Below, piece by piece: positions 1-9,536 of a stretch of 64,000 nt of DNA. The translations under genes and the position numbers were made by a program. The stretch comes from Lewinellaceae bacterium (GTDB taxonomy: Bacteria; Bacteroidota; Bacteroidia; Chitinophagales; Saprospiraceae): positions 2,930,924 through 2,994,923 of the forward strand of contig JACJYK010000001.1 in the NCBI GenBank assembly GCA_020636135.1. The letters are read 5' to 3'. The notes under the pieces are model-generated. The model did not search any database. It was not told the DNA's origin and worked only from the letters and a program-made list of their open reading frames with translations. The first letter of the stretch is position 1; each line of letters starts with the position of its first letter.

Positions 1-2392
1 CGGACCCTTTCACGAAGGCACGAATTCGCGCTTCCGCAACATTGGGAATTGCGTTGGTAACCAATTGAATGGTTACTTCATATTCCCCCTGTTTATCCGT
101 GCTGTCAAAGGTTACTTTAACCTCCCCCGATTTACCGGGGTGGATGGCTTCCTTAGGCCACTTAACCTTCAGGTCCTTGCCCGCGGTAGCCAATCGTATG
201 ATCAGGTCAGAGTCTCCCGTATTCGTAAACACAAAAGTGTGATCCTTAACATCTCCTGCTTTTAATAAGCCGAAATCGTGGAAGGATTCATCAAACTTCA
301 GGACGGGCATCAGTATACGGATAACCGGGTCGGCTGAAGCGTCGGGACCTCCGTGATTCTGATTGTTCGGCTGTGACAGGATCTCTTTCTGAATTTCGAT
401 GGTGGTTGGTCCTTCCAGGATCTTGAACTCCGTGCGCCGGTTGAACCGGTGTTCGTCGTCGGAACAGGGAACCCCATTGGTACAACGATTCAGGATAAAC
501 CGTTCGCCATAACCTACCGCCTTGATGCGATTGGGGTCTATTCCCCGCTCCACCAGCCAACGCTTGGCTGATTCGGCGCGGCGCTGGGAAAGATTATCGT
601 TGTAAGCATCATTACCCTGTGAGTCCGTATGCGAACCCAACTCGATAACCATTTCGGGATACCGGTTAAGCAGATCCAGCAGGACAGCAAGGTCTTTCTC
701 AGCATCCGGTAATATCTGATCGTCATCAAAATTATAATAGATATTACTCAAGCGGATTGGCTCTGTCACGGTAATGGTCTCGGTCTCTGGTTTCGCAGGT
801 TTTTGTTTCAGCCGGATGGCGCGCTTGATGGTGTAATCATCCACGATTCCCACGGTGTGAAACTGGATGGTGTCCGGAAAATATCCTTCCCGGTCCACCG
901 TTGCTGTGTAGGCCTTTTCGCCTTCCAGAGGAATATCAAAGATGTTGTTGTCATCCTGCTTCAGGCTGGCCGCCGGCTGGTCCGCCCGTTCATCTTCCAG
1001 CATCTCGAAAACCTTGACGGTAGCTCCGGATAGGGCCTGGCCTTTGTCATCAAATATTCCTGCCAACAGGTTGATCTTAATGGTCTTTTCCGTGAAGAAG
1101 TAAATGTCATCACAGCACGTCTTGTTCATGACCGAACGTGCGGTTGGACTGGCCCGGTTGGAAACCAAAAATCCGTTAACCCCGGATCCGTCTACGTAAA
1201 AACTCAGGTCATCGGCTGTCGAGTTAAAACGGTAGCCCATATTTTTAGGCTCACTCCAGGTGCTTCCATTCCATTCGGTTGAAAAGATGTCAAAGCCCCC
1301 CATTCCGGTTCTGCCGTCGGTTGAAAAATACAACTTGCCGTCCCGGTAATAGGGTGAAAGGTCGTCACCGGCGGTATTGATCACATCACCCAGATTGACG
1401 GGAGCACCAAAGGCATCCGCACTCTGCCGGGGAGCATAGTAGAGGTCGAAGCCACCTTTCCCTCCGGGGATATTGGCCGCAAAAAAGAGCACATTATCTC
1501 CGTACAGCTCTCCTTCCATCGGGTGCTTGACCAGGTAGTCACCATTGATGCCCTGTACAAATTTAGGTGGTGTCCAGCCCCTGCCCCGTTTGGTGGAGAC
1601 AAACAGTTTGCTTTCTGTCAATGAATCACCGTCATAAGCCATGCGGATAAAATACATGGTGGAACCATCCGGTGAGATGAAGACATTCCCATTGTGGATA
1701 CCTTCCACATTGATATCATCGGGCAGCGCTTTGGGTTTATCCCATTTGCCTTTATCGTCCTTGGAAGTCTCATAGATCTTGGCATAGAGGTCGGTCTCCT
1801 TGCCGTCCTTTACCAGCAATTTATTGCGCTGAAAGGAGGTTATGTACAGGTTGCCTTCCGCATCCATACTCGGAGAGGCATCGGTGTACATGGAATTGAC
1901 CGGCCGGCCCAAATTGATGACAAGCATGTCCTCATTCTTGGGCAGATCATCCTGTGCAAGAATACCTGCCACTTCTTTCTGAACCATCGGCCTCAATGGG
2001 TTCTGCGGAAAACTATCCAGGAAATATTTGAATTCCTGGAAGGCCTCCTGATATTTTCCATTTTTACGGAGGTAGAGACCGTAATAATAACGGGAATCGG
2101 GATACTGATTTTTAGTATCACGCTTGGCGATCCGTCCCCACCAGGCTTCGGCCAGTTTATAATTCCGCAGTTCACCATAGATCCCTGCAATTCTGACGGC
2201 CAGCTCTTCCGTCCTCAATTCCTTATACGCCTCTTCATACCACTGGACCGCATTGACATAATCATGTTGCTCCAACTTTTCATCCGCAGCCTCAATCAGT
2301 AACGGTGGCGTGGTGCCCCGGATAGGCTGGGCGAATAAACCAGTAAACCACACTGTGAAAACGGCGAGGATGGTAAAGCGAAGCATTATCAT
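1..2392 (-). CDS. PG1058-like multidomain OmpA-family protein: signal peptide, TPR, PD40/WD40-like beta-propeller, carboxypeptidase-regulatory-like domain, OmpA_C, then the start of a DUF1573-like domain; C-terminus lies beyond the window start
   Basis: Manual reverse-strand translation starts MIMLRFTILAVFTVWFTGLFAQ at 2392 and stays open to position 1. It shows TPR-like helical repeats (YGELRNYKLAEAWW...), PD40-like repeats (DDLSPYYRDGKLYFSTDG), and the OmpA_C signature ELGSHTDSQGNDAYNDNLSQRRAESAKRWLVERGIDPNRIKAVGYGE. It ends in a DUF1573-like PVLKFDESFHDFGLLKAGDVKDHTFVFTNTGDSDLII. It is missing from the ORF track only because it is truncated at the window edge. Confidence 0.75.
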   Translation of the reverse strand, partial: MIMLRFTILAVFTVWFTGLFAQPIRGTTPPLLIEAADEKLEQHDYVNAVQWYEEAYKELRTEELAVRIAGIYGELRNYKLAEAWWGRIAKRDTKNQYPDSRYYYGLYLRKNGKYQEAFQEFKYFLDSFPQNPLRPMVQKEVAGILAQDDLPKNEDMLVINLGRPVNSMYTDASPSMDAEGNLYITSFQRNKLLVKDGKETDLYAKIYETSKDDKGKWDKPKALPDDINVEGIHNGNVFISPDGSTMYFIRMAYDGDSLTESKLFVSTKRGRGWTPPKFVQGINGDYLVKHPMEGELYGDNVLFFAANIPGGKGGFDLYYAPRQSADAFGAPVNLGDVINTAGDDLSPYYRDGKLYFSTDGRTGMGGFDIFSTEWNGSTWSEPKNMGYRFNSTADDLSFYVDGSGVNGFLVSNRASPTARSVMNKTCCDDIYFFTEKTIKINLLAGIFDDKGQALSGATVKVFEMLEDERADQPAASLKQDDNNIFDIPLEGEKAYTATVDREGYFPDTIQFHTVGIVDDYTIKRAIRLKQKPAKPETETITVTEPIRLSNIYYNFDDDQILPDAEKDLAVLLDLLNRYPEMVIELGSHTDSQGNDAYNDNLSQRRAESAKRWLVERGIDPNRIKAVGYGERFILNRCTNGVPCSDDEHRFNRRTEFKILEGPTTIEIQKEILSQPNNQNHGGPDASADPVIRILMPVLKFDESFHDFGLLKAGDVKDHTFVFTNTGDSDLIIRLATAGKDLKVKWPKEAIHPGKSGEVKVTFDSTDKQGEYEVTIQLVTNAIPNVAEARIRAFVKGS

Positions 2393-2423
2393 CTTGCACA
2401 TATTGTTATCCATATAAACTTCA

Positions 2424-3452
2424 TTAAAAACGCGGACAGAAAAAGATATTGTCTGCCTTTGGCTTTTTATAAATGCGGGCGATGTATGAAGCCGCTATTT
2501 CGATCCCGCCCACGGTCTTACTGGCAGACGAGAATTTGGAGGCATTGACATCATACGCCATACCCACCCGGAATGGCCCGTAGTCCATACCTACCAGCAC
2601 TTCGATGGCATCACCAAAACGATATCCGGGACCGAAACTGAACAGGATGTTCTTTTCAGGATCAAGCAAAAACCCTACCGGTAATTGAAGCGCCGCTTCA
2701 GAGGCGGAGCCTACTTTCTGAAAAAGAAAGGCCGGTGTCAATAACAGACGGTCTGATAAAACATAGTTGAATGCCGCATGGGCCAGCAGCCGGTTAGGCT
2801 TCAGCGACCGTCCGGATTTACGCAATGAGATATTCGGCCCGGCGATGTGTCCTACCGAGATGCCGATCGACATATCCAGTACATCATTCACAACCCCCTG
2901 GTAAGAAAGTCCGGCGGTGATATCCGTTTTGTCCTTGCCGGTTGCCTTTTTACTCTCCTTGTCATTCAGGTCTGATTTATCCGGACTGGTAGCCCCACCG
3001 GGCAACAATTCATCTTCGAATTCCAGATCCTGAACGTTGCCGAAGTAGCGGAAAGATTTGCCACCCTGTACGCCAATGGAGAACACCCTTGAAGCGTCTT
3101 TATCCAGGCCTATATGGTAGGTACCACTCAGATAGGCGCCACCCTGCGTCAGATTGCCGGCACCGGATACATCCTGGTAAATGGTAGCTCCAATCCCCAC
3201 CCAATCCTGTTTGCGGAACCCGGTTATGATGGGCGCATCGACGTATAAAGAAGGTGTCTGATAAGCTTCAGCAACCGAGAACCACTGAGTTCTGAATATT
3301 CCTCCAATCCGGAAAGTTCCCTCGTAATTACCAGTCAAAGCAGGGTTCATTGTTAAGGGCGACATGTAAAACTGTGAAAAATGAATATCCTGGCTAAACA
3401 CCGGGAGGGCTGCCAGCAGGAAAATGCAAATTTTCAAGTAGACATTACGCAT
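2424..3452 (-). CDS. Type IX secretion system membrane protein, PorP/SprF family
   Basis: 342 aa ORF with an N-terminal signal peptide (MRNVYLKICIFLLAALPVFSQ) followed by DIHFSQFYMSPLTMNPALTG, the canonical PorP/SprF N-terminal motif. Composition is beta-barrel-like. It sits 32 nt upstream of the OmpA-family gene on the same strand. Confidence 0.8.
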   Translation of the reverse strand: MRNVYLKICIFLLAALPVFSQDIHFSQFYMSPLTMNPALTGNYEGTFRIGGIFRTQWFSVAEAYQTPSLYVDAPIITGFRKQDWVGIGATIYQDVSGAGNLTQGGAYLSGTYHIGLDKDASRVFSIGVQGGKSFRYFGNVQDLEFEDELLPGGATSPDKSDLNDKESKKATGKDKTDITAGLSYQGVVNDVLDMSIGISVGHIAGPNISLRKSGRSLKPNRLLAHAAFNYVLSDRLLLTPAFLFQKVGSASEAALQLPVGFLLDPEKNILFSFGPGYRFGDAIEVLVGMDYGPFRVGMAYDVNASKFSSASKTVGGIEIAASYIARIYKKPKADNIFFCPRF

Positions 3453-3725
3453 AGCATGTGTTTGTAATGCGAAAGATAATCTTTATTTGGCGAACACGCC
3501 TATTTCTTTAACGCTTCGGGGTTTATTGCGCGTTGGTTAAACCTTTGGAAAATGTCAACCAACGCGTAAATCAACAAAAAATTCAGCGGGTTCATTCTGT
3601 TCCGCCTAAAATTTATCAGTTTAGTCCACCTAATGTTCCGAAATGGCCGGCCGATCAGCATTGGTTCCAATTACAGGTGTTCACATCACGGATCAGGATG
3701 TTACGGAATGTTTCTAAATTCGGGC

Positions 3726-4724
3726 ATGCATGAAAAACGTGTCACCCGATATGCATTCATTTGTTTGTTTTTATTACTCGGTAGTACGATCCGGATAACT
3801 GCCCAGCAACAGGCTGGTTCGTGGCAGCGTTTCTGGACGCCAGCAGACACCTTTCACCAGGCCCGGTTTTGGATCGCCACAGGTAGTGGAACCGCCTTGT
3901 ACGCGGTAACTATGGTGGGGTTGAATGAGGCCTGGTACAAGACTTTTCCGCGCAGTTCTTTTCACCTCCATAATGATTGGGGAGAGTGGCTTATGATGGA
4001 CAAGTTCGGCCATGCATTCACCACTTATACGGAAAGCCGGCTGCTGACGCAGGGCGCCCGCTGGACCGGGATGCGGGAATCATCCTCGCGATGGCTGGGT
4101 ACCGGCGTAGCACTGGGTCTACAGACGAGCATTGAATGGCTCGATGGTCATTCCAGTCAGTGGGGCTTCTCCTGGCCGGACATGGGTTTTAATGGCCTGG
4201 GTGCACTTACTTACGCGGTGCAGGATATGATCTGGCACGATCAGCGGGTGGTGTGGAAGGTGTCCAACTGGTTGCCGGCCTATCCGGCCCAACCGAGGAC
4301 AGAACTGGGTGGCTATTCGCTGCGCCAGCGGTCAGAAGAACTTTTCGGCTCTGGATGGGCAGAGCGGTATCTGAAAGATTACAACGCGCAATCGGTGTGG
4401 TTATCCATCAGCCCCAAGGCTTTTTTTCGGGATTCGCGATGGCCTCCATGGCTGAATATTGCACTGGGATACAGCGCTGAAAACATGTTCGGCGGTTATG
4501 CCAACCGTTGGGTGCTTCCGACCGGCCAGTTTGTCCAGCTCGATGCAACCAGTTATCCCCGCTACAGCCAATATCTGTTATCTCTGGATATTGATTTCAC
4601 CCGTATACCCACCAAAAGCCCATTTCTGAAAGCCGTTTTCGAGGCATTAAATGCCTTCAAATTCCCTTTCCCGGGTCTTGAATACAACTCCCTGGGGCAA
4701 TGGAAAGCCGGGTGGCTGTATTGA
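3726..4724 (+). CDS. DUF2279-like predicted periplasmic lipoprotein
   Basis: ORF 3633-4724. The likely start is MHEKRVTRYAFICLFLLLGS at 3726, which gives a signal peptide. The aromatic- and tryptophan-rich sequence (YAVTMVGLNEAWYKTFPRSSFHLHNDWGEWLMMDKFGHAFTTY) matches my memory of the DUF2279 family. Confidence 0.5.
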   Translation: MHEKRVTRYAFICLFLLLGSTIRITAQQQAGSWQRFWTPADTFHQARFWIATGSGTALYAVTMVGLNEAWYKTFPRSSFHLHNDWGEWLMMDKFGHAFTTYTESRLLTQGARWTGMRESSSRWLGTGVALGLQTSIEWLDGHSSQWGFSWPDMGFNGLGALTYAVQDMIWHDQRVVWKVSNWLPAYPAQPRTELGGYSLRQRSEELFGSGWAERYLKDYNAQSVWLSISPKAFFRDSRWPPWLNIALGYSAENMFGGYANRWVLPTGQFVQLDATSYPRYSQYLLSLDIDFTRIPTKSPFLKAVFEALNAFKFPFPGLEYNSLGQWKAGWLY

Positions 4725-4828
4725 AAACACCTTCGTCAATTACCTTGAGAATGGTTCAATTAGAGACCTTGCAGACCAATTAGTTGGCAGGGATTACCTA
4801 TTTTAGGCCCGAATAAAAAAACAATTTC

Positions 4829-6454
4829 ATGTCATCCAGTAATCAACCGATAACCCCTCAACAAGCTATTGAATCGATTATCAAGAACAATGAATTGGTC
4901 TGGAATGCCTCATCGGCAGCGCTCATTGAAGCAGCATTACTGAACCGTGAAGGTGACCTGGCAGATAATGGAGCACTTACCGTGGAAACCGGAATATTCA
5001 CCGGAAGGAGTCCTCAGGACCGTTATCTGGTGAAAGATGAAATTACTGCTGAAAAGGTACACTGGGGCAACCACAATCAACCCACGACACCGGAGGTATT
5101 CTACCGGTTATTGGGTAAAATGAAAGACTACCTGAAAGGCAAAAAACTGTATGCCCGGGATGCCTATGCGTGTGCAGATAAAACCTACCGGATGAAGCTA
5201 CGCGTTTTTAATACCCTGGCCTGGCATAATTTGTTTGCATACAATATGTTTTTGCGCCCTTCCCCGCACAAGCTATCCGATTTCAAACCGGACTTTACCA
5301 TCCTTTGTGTACCGGAGTTCACAGCCGATCCGGAGACTGATGGCACCAGGTCTTCCAATTTTGTGATCGTCAACTTTACCGAGAAAATGGTGATCATTGG
5401 AGGAACTGCCTATGCCGGTGAAATGAAGAAATCCATCTTCTCCGTCCTCAATTTCACCCTGCCCACGGAAAAGAATGTGTTTCCCATGCACTGCTCGGCG
5501 AATGTAGGCCCGGATCACGATACCGCCTTGTTTTTTGGGTTGTCCGGCACGGGAAAAACCACCTTGTCCGCTGATCCTCACCGCTACCTGATCGGTGATG
5601 ACGAACATGGCTGGTCCGAACATTCCGTATTTAATTTCGAAGGGGGCTGTTATGCTAAAGTCATCAACCTGGACGAGGAAAAAGAGCCGGATATTTACCG
5701 GGCAATACGTTTTGGCGCCATTGTCGAAAACACCCGCTTTTTTACCGGCACGCGTGACATTGACTATACCGACAGCAGTGTAACCGAGAATACCAGAACC
5801 TCGTATCCCATTCATTTCATCCAGAATCACCTGGAACCGGCAGTAGGCGGTACACCTCACCACGTGTTCTTTCTGACCTGTGATGCCTATGGGGTGCTGC
5901 CACCAATCACCCGGCTGGACAAGGCACAGGCGATGTATCACTTCCTGGCAGGATACACGGCCAAGGTCGCCGGTACCGAAGCGGGTGTGAAGGAACCCCA
6001 GGCCACATTCAGTACCTGCTATGGCGCTCCTTTCATGCCATTGCCACCATCCACCTATGCCCGCATGCTGGGCGAGCGGATGGAAAAGCACCAGGTGCAG
6101 GTATGGTTGATCAATACCGGATGGACGGGAGGCCCTTATGGCGTCGGAAAACGGATCGATATTCGCTACACAAGGGCCATGATCCATGCGGTACTCGCCA
6201 ATAAAATGGAAAAAGTAGGTTACCGGCAGCATTCGATCTTTAAAATTTCCATACCCATGCATTGCCCGGGAGTACCGTCATCTGTATTAAGCCCGCGCGA
6301 GACCTGGAAAAATGACCGCGCTTATTATGCCCAGGCCAACAAACTGGCTCTGAAATTCATCGCCAACGATGAGAAAATGCAGTGGAAACTGGGATCAGAA
6401 ATTCTGGTCGGCCAGCCGATACCGAACAATAGTTATGAAGTCATTTATCCCTGA
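4829..6454 (+). CDS. pckA: Phosphoenolpyruvate carboxykinase (ATP)
   Basis: 541 aa. Kinase-1a P-loop GLSGTGKTTLS and the conserved PEPCK-ATP blocks (RSPQDRYLV, DEHGW) are present. Confidence 0.9.
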   Translation: MSSSNQPITPQQAIESIIKNNELVWNASSAALIEAALLNREGDLADNGALTVETGIFTGRSPQDRYLVKDEITAEKVHWGNHNQPTTPEVFYRLLGKMKDYLKGKKLYARDAYACADKTYRMKLRVFNTLAWHNLFAYNMFLRPSPHKLSDFKPDFTILCVPEFTADPETDGTRSSNFVIVNFTEKMVIIGGTAYAGEMKKSIFSVLNFTLPTEKNVFPMHCSANVGPDHDTALFFGLSGTGKTTLSADPHRYLIGDDEHGWSEHSVFNFEGGCYAKVINLDEEKEPDIYRAIRFGAIVENTRFFTGTRDIDYTDSSVTENTRTSYPIHFIQNHLEPAVGGTPHHVFFLTCDAYGVLPPITRLDKAQAMYHFLAGYTAKVAGTEAGVKEPQATFSTCYGAPFMPLPPSTYARMLGERMEKHQVQVWLINTGWTGGPYGVGKRIDIRYTRAMIHAVLANKMEKVGYRQHSIFKISIPMHCPGVPSSVLSPRETWKNDRAYYAQANKLALKFIANDEKMQWKLGSEILVGQPIPNNSYEVIYP

Positions 6455-6474
6455 CCAAAATCAACCATCACCTG

Positions 6475-7662
6475 ATGATCAACCTGATACGTGTACTGGC
6501 ATTGACCGGTAGTATTTTGTGCCAGCTGGCTTTATGGAGCCAGCCTACGGTCGTCCAAGGCACTGTGTTTTCGGACGCCAATGGAAATGGCAGGCAGGAT
6601 AACCAGGAAATTGGACTTGCCGGGGTTGTGGTGTCCGATCAGAACCAGGTGACCCGGACGGATGTAAACGGCCATTATACGCTGAGCAGCGACTTCCCCT
6701 ATCATACCATCCAGATTACCCTGCCAAATGGTTATTTAGGCAAATTCTGGTATCCGGTAAGCGATCAGGTCAATTTTGCACTTACTCCAACCGGCCCTCA
6801 GGATCATTTCATATTTGTCCATGCCTCCGATTGTCATGTAGACTCACTCAATCTGCCGAGGATGGCACGGTTTCGCACCTTGCTGGATTCAATTCAGCCG
6901 GCTTTCGTGCTGATGAGTGGCGACCTGGTACGGGATGCGTTACGGGTAACGGAGCCCGTAGCCCGGGGCTATTACGAATTGTACATGGAACAGATCGGTC
7001 TGATTCCTTATCCGGTGTTCAGTGGAGTAGGAAATCACGAATTATTTGGCATTGAACGCGATAAATCACTGGTCAGTGCGTCCCATCCATTGTACGGAAA
7101 AAACATGTTCCGCCACTATCTCGGGCCTGATTATTATGCGTTCAATTACGGAGGTATCCATTTTATCAGCGTGGATGCCATGGAATACCAAAATCTGTTT
7201 TATTACGGGGGTATCGACACCTTGCAGCTGTCCTGGCTAAACAGGGAATTAGCTGCTACATCCGGAAACCCTTCCGTGATTACCTTCAACCACATCCCGC
7301 TCGTTTCTGGTGGATTCAGTTTTCAGGCTTTTGATGAAGACGATTATTATGGTCCCAACATCATGCGGGTTGACGGCAAGCTGAGACACCGGCATATTGT
7401 GGCTGACTACGATGCGCTGCGCAAGGTGATCGGGAATCATCCCTATCCGCTGGCTTTGTCCGGCCATTACCATGCGGCGCAATCTGCTTCGTTTGAATTG
7501 TCAGGCACTCAATTCCGGCAAACCTCTGCTCTCACGCGGCCCGACCGGTTTACTTTTCATGATTTCGAGATCCGTTCCGGATTTACCGTATACGAAGTTG
7601 ACCATGGAGCGATCATCCGGAGCACCTTTGTTCCTTTAAATCTGCCGGATGTCCAAAAATGA
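6475..7662 (+). CDS. Secreted calcineurin-like metallophosphoesterase
   Basis: 395 aa with a signal peptide. Phosphoesterase motifs are HASDCHVD, GDLV and GNHE. Confidence 0.7.
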   Translation: MINLIRVLALTGSILCQLALWSQPTVVQGTVFSDANGNGRQDNQEIGLAGVVVSDQNQVTRTDVNGHYTLSSDFPYHTIQITLPNGYLGKFWYPVSDQVNFALTPTGPQDHFIFVHASDCHVDSLNLPRMARFRTLLDSIQPAFVLMSGDLVRDALRVTEPVARGYYELYMEQIGLIPYPVFSGVGNHELFGIERDKSLVSASHPLYGKNMFRHYLGPDYYAFNYGGIHFISVDAMEYQNLFYYGGIDTLQLSWLNRELAATSGNPSVITFNHIPLVSGGFSFQAFDEDDYYGPNIMRVDGKLRHRHIVADYDALRKVIGNHPYPLALSGHYHAAQSASFELSGTQFRQTSALTRPDRFTFHDFEIRSGFTVYEVDHGAIIRSTFVPLNLPDVQK

Positions 7663-7812
7663 CAATGGATGCAGACCAGGTCGAATTAATGTACCAGCAG
7701 GTGCTGCCAGGAAATCGTCCTGAACCGGATTCTTTTCCTTACTTTCATTTTCTTTGAAACATTGCATGACCTGTCGGTTATCTTCTGGCTGATGCCGGCA
7801 CAATTACCACAT

Positions 7813-9519
7813 ATGCCCTTGCGAAAATACCGATTACTTGCCCTCGTTGCAGCAGCTTGTTACCTGCTGGCTTGTCAGCAACATTCCGGCTCCGAAATTG
7901 CATCGGACCCCCATTCGATCCGGCGCGGACAATATTATTACGATCTGTACTGCTCATCGTGTCATAGCCTGAATAATCAGAGTATTGGCCCGGCACTGGC
8001 AGGGATCACGGGCAAGGAAGGTACGGAATGGTTAAAGTCCTTTATCCGGGATGCGCCCGCCCTGATCGACAGCGGCGATAAGCGGGCCAAGGCTCTATTC
8101 GCATCGTACCGCCAGTACATGCCTGCCTTCCCTATGCTGCAGGACTCCAACATCGATTGCATTTTGGCCTACCTCAATGCCCAACCGGCCCCAACGGTTG
8201 CTATTGCAGACACCCTCGGACTCACAGATCCCATTCCGGACAGCATTCCTCTTTCGGATCATGTGGTAGATTTACAGCTCGTTACGCAAATCCCGGCTTC
8301 GGGAGATGCTCCCCTCATGACAAGGATCACCAAAATGGATTGCGCCGCAAACACCGGACGCACATTCATGCTGGATCTGCGTGGCAAATTGTATGAGATG
8401 TCCTCCGGAAAAAACACCCTGTATCTGGATATCGCGACGTATTTCCCGAAATACATCGATGTCCCCGGCCTGGCAACCGGATTTGGCAGTTTTGCTTTTC
8501 ATCCGGATTTTGAACACAATGGCTTATTGTACACCACCCATACGGAAGCAGCGGGATCAGCTCCGGCCGATTTTGCCCTTTGGGATTCCATCCCGGTAAA
8601 ACTGCAATGGATCCTGGATGAATGGACAGTGAAAGACCCGGCTGCAAAGACCCTGAATGGTAGCCATCGGGAATTGATGCGCATCGAGATGGTAACCCAG
8701 ATCCATGGTGTACAGGACCTGGAATTCAACCCGAATGCCCATCCTGGCGATCCGGATTACGGCTTATTGTATATCGGTATCGGCGACGGAGGCAGTGTGG
8801 AGTCCGGATTCCCTGAGGTCTCCCTCAACGGAGGAAATAAAATATGGAGCTCTATCCTACGTATAGATCCCACGGGTCGTGACAGCAAGAATGGACAGTA
8901 TGGCATCCCGGAAGACAATCCCTGGGCTGCCGATAGAGATCCTCAGACGCTGGGAGAGATCTATGCACGCGGGTTTCGCAATCCCCACCGGCTCACCTGG
9001 TCTGCTGACGGAAAAATGGTAGCCTCCTGTATTGGCCATCACATGATCGAAGAGGTCAACCTGATTGAGCCGGGGCAGGATTATGGATGGCCCGAACGGG
9101 AAGGAACGTTCAAGATGCGCTACTCCGAAACGATGACCACCATATTCCCCCTGGATCCGGCGGACACCCTGGTCACCTATACCTATCCGGTTGCCCAGTT
9201 CGATCATGGCGAAGGATTTGCCATCAGTGGCGGATATTTCAGTCCATCCGACAGTAAGGTATTGCCAGGGACTTATTTCTTTGGCGACATCGTCAATGGC
9301 CGTTTATTTTACATCAATCAAAATGAAATCAAACAGGGATACCCAGCTACCGTGCATGAGTGGCGGATTGCTGTCAACGGCCAGCCGACCACCTTACTGA
9401 AACTGACGGGTGCCGATCGCGCAGACCTCCGGTTTGGCAAGGATTGTGATGGCACCTTCTACCTGTTCTCCAAAGCAGATGGAAAAGTCTACCGGATGAC
9501 CGGAGAAATGCCGCTTTAA
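7813..9519 (+). CDS. Cytochrome c domain fused to a soluble PQQ-dependent glucose/sorbosone dehydrogenase-like beta-propeller (lipoprotein)
   Basis: The longest ORF starts at 7762. An internal start MPLRKYRLLALVAAACYLLAC at 7813 gives a lipobox. A CSSCH haem-binding motif lies near the N-terminus. The C-terminal part carries sugar-dehydrogenase blocks (YIGIGDGGS, ARGFRNPHRL, DYGWPEREG). Confidence 0.65.
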   Translation: MPLRKYRLLALVAAACYLLACQQHSGSEIASDPHSIRRGQYYYDLYCSSCHSLNNQSIGPALAGITGKEGTEWLKSFIRDAPALIDSGDKRAKALFASYRQYMPAFPMLQDSNIDCILAYLNAQPAPTVAIADTLGLTDPIPDSIPLSDHVVDLQLVTQIPASGDAPLMTRITKMDCAANTGRTFMLDLRGKLYEMSSGKNTLYLDIATYFPKYIDVPGLATGFGSFAFHPDFEHNGLLYTTHTEAAGSAPADFALWDSIPVKLQWILDEWTVKDPAAKTLNGSHRELMRIEMVTQIHGVQDLEFNPNAHPGDPDYGLLYIGIGDGGSVESGFPEVSLNGGNKIWSSILRIDPTGRDSKNGQYGIPEDNPWAADRDPQTLGEIYARGFRNPHRLTWSADGKMVASCIGHHMIEEVNLIEPGQDYGWPEREGTFKMRYSETMTTIFPLDPADTLVTYTYPVAQFDHGEGFAISGGYFSPSDSKVLPGTYFFGDIVNGRLFYINQNEIKQGYPATVHEWRIAVNGQPTTLLKLTGADRADLRFGKDCDGTFYLFSKADGKVYRMTGEMPL

Positions 9520-9536
9520 TCCGGAATCTTATCCGG

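Noticed and set aside
1694-2302. 202 aa plus-strand ORF
   Set aside because: It lies antisense inside the continuous minus-strand TPR/PD40/OmpA gene. Its translation is low-complexity (I/F/L-rich), typical of a shadow ORF.
5273-6262. 329 aa minus-strand ORF
   Set aside because: It is fully embedded antisense in pckA, whose translation carries unmistakable PEPCK motifs. It is a shadow ORF.
7762-7812. N-terminal extension MHDLSVIFWLMPAQLPH of the cytochrome-dehydrogenase ORF
   Set aside because: The internal Met gives a canonical lipoprotein signal with a lipobox. The 17 extra residues are probably not translated.
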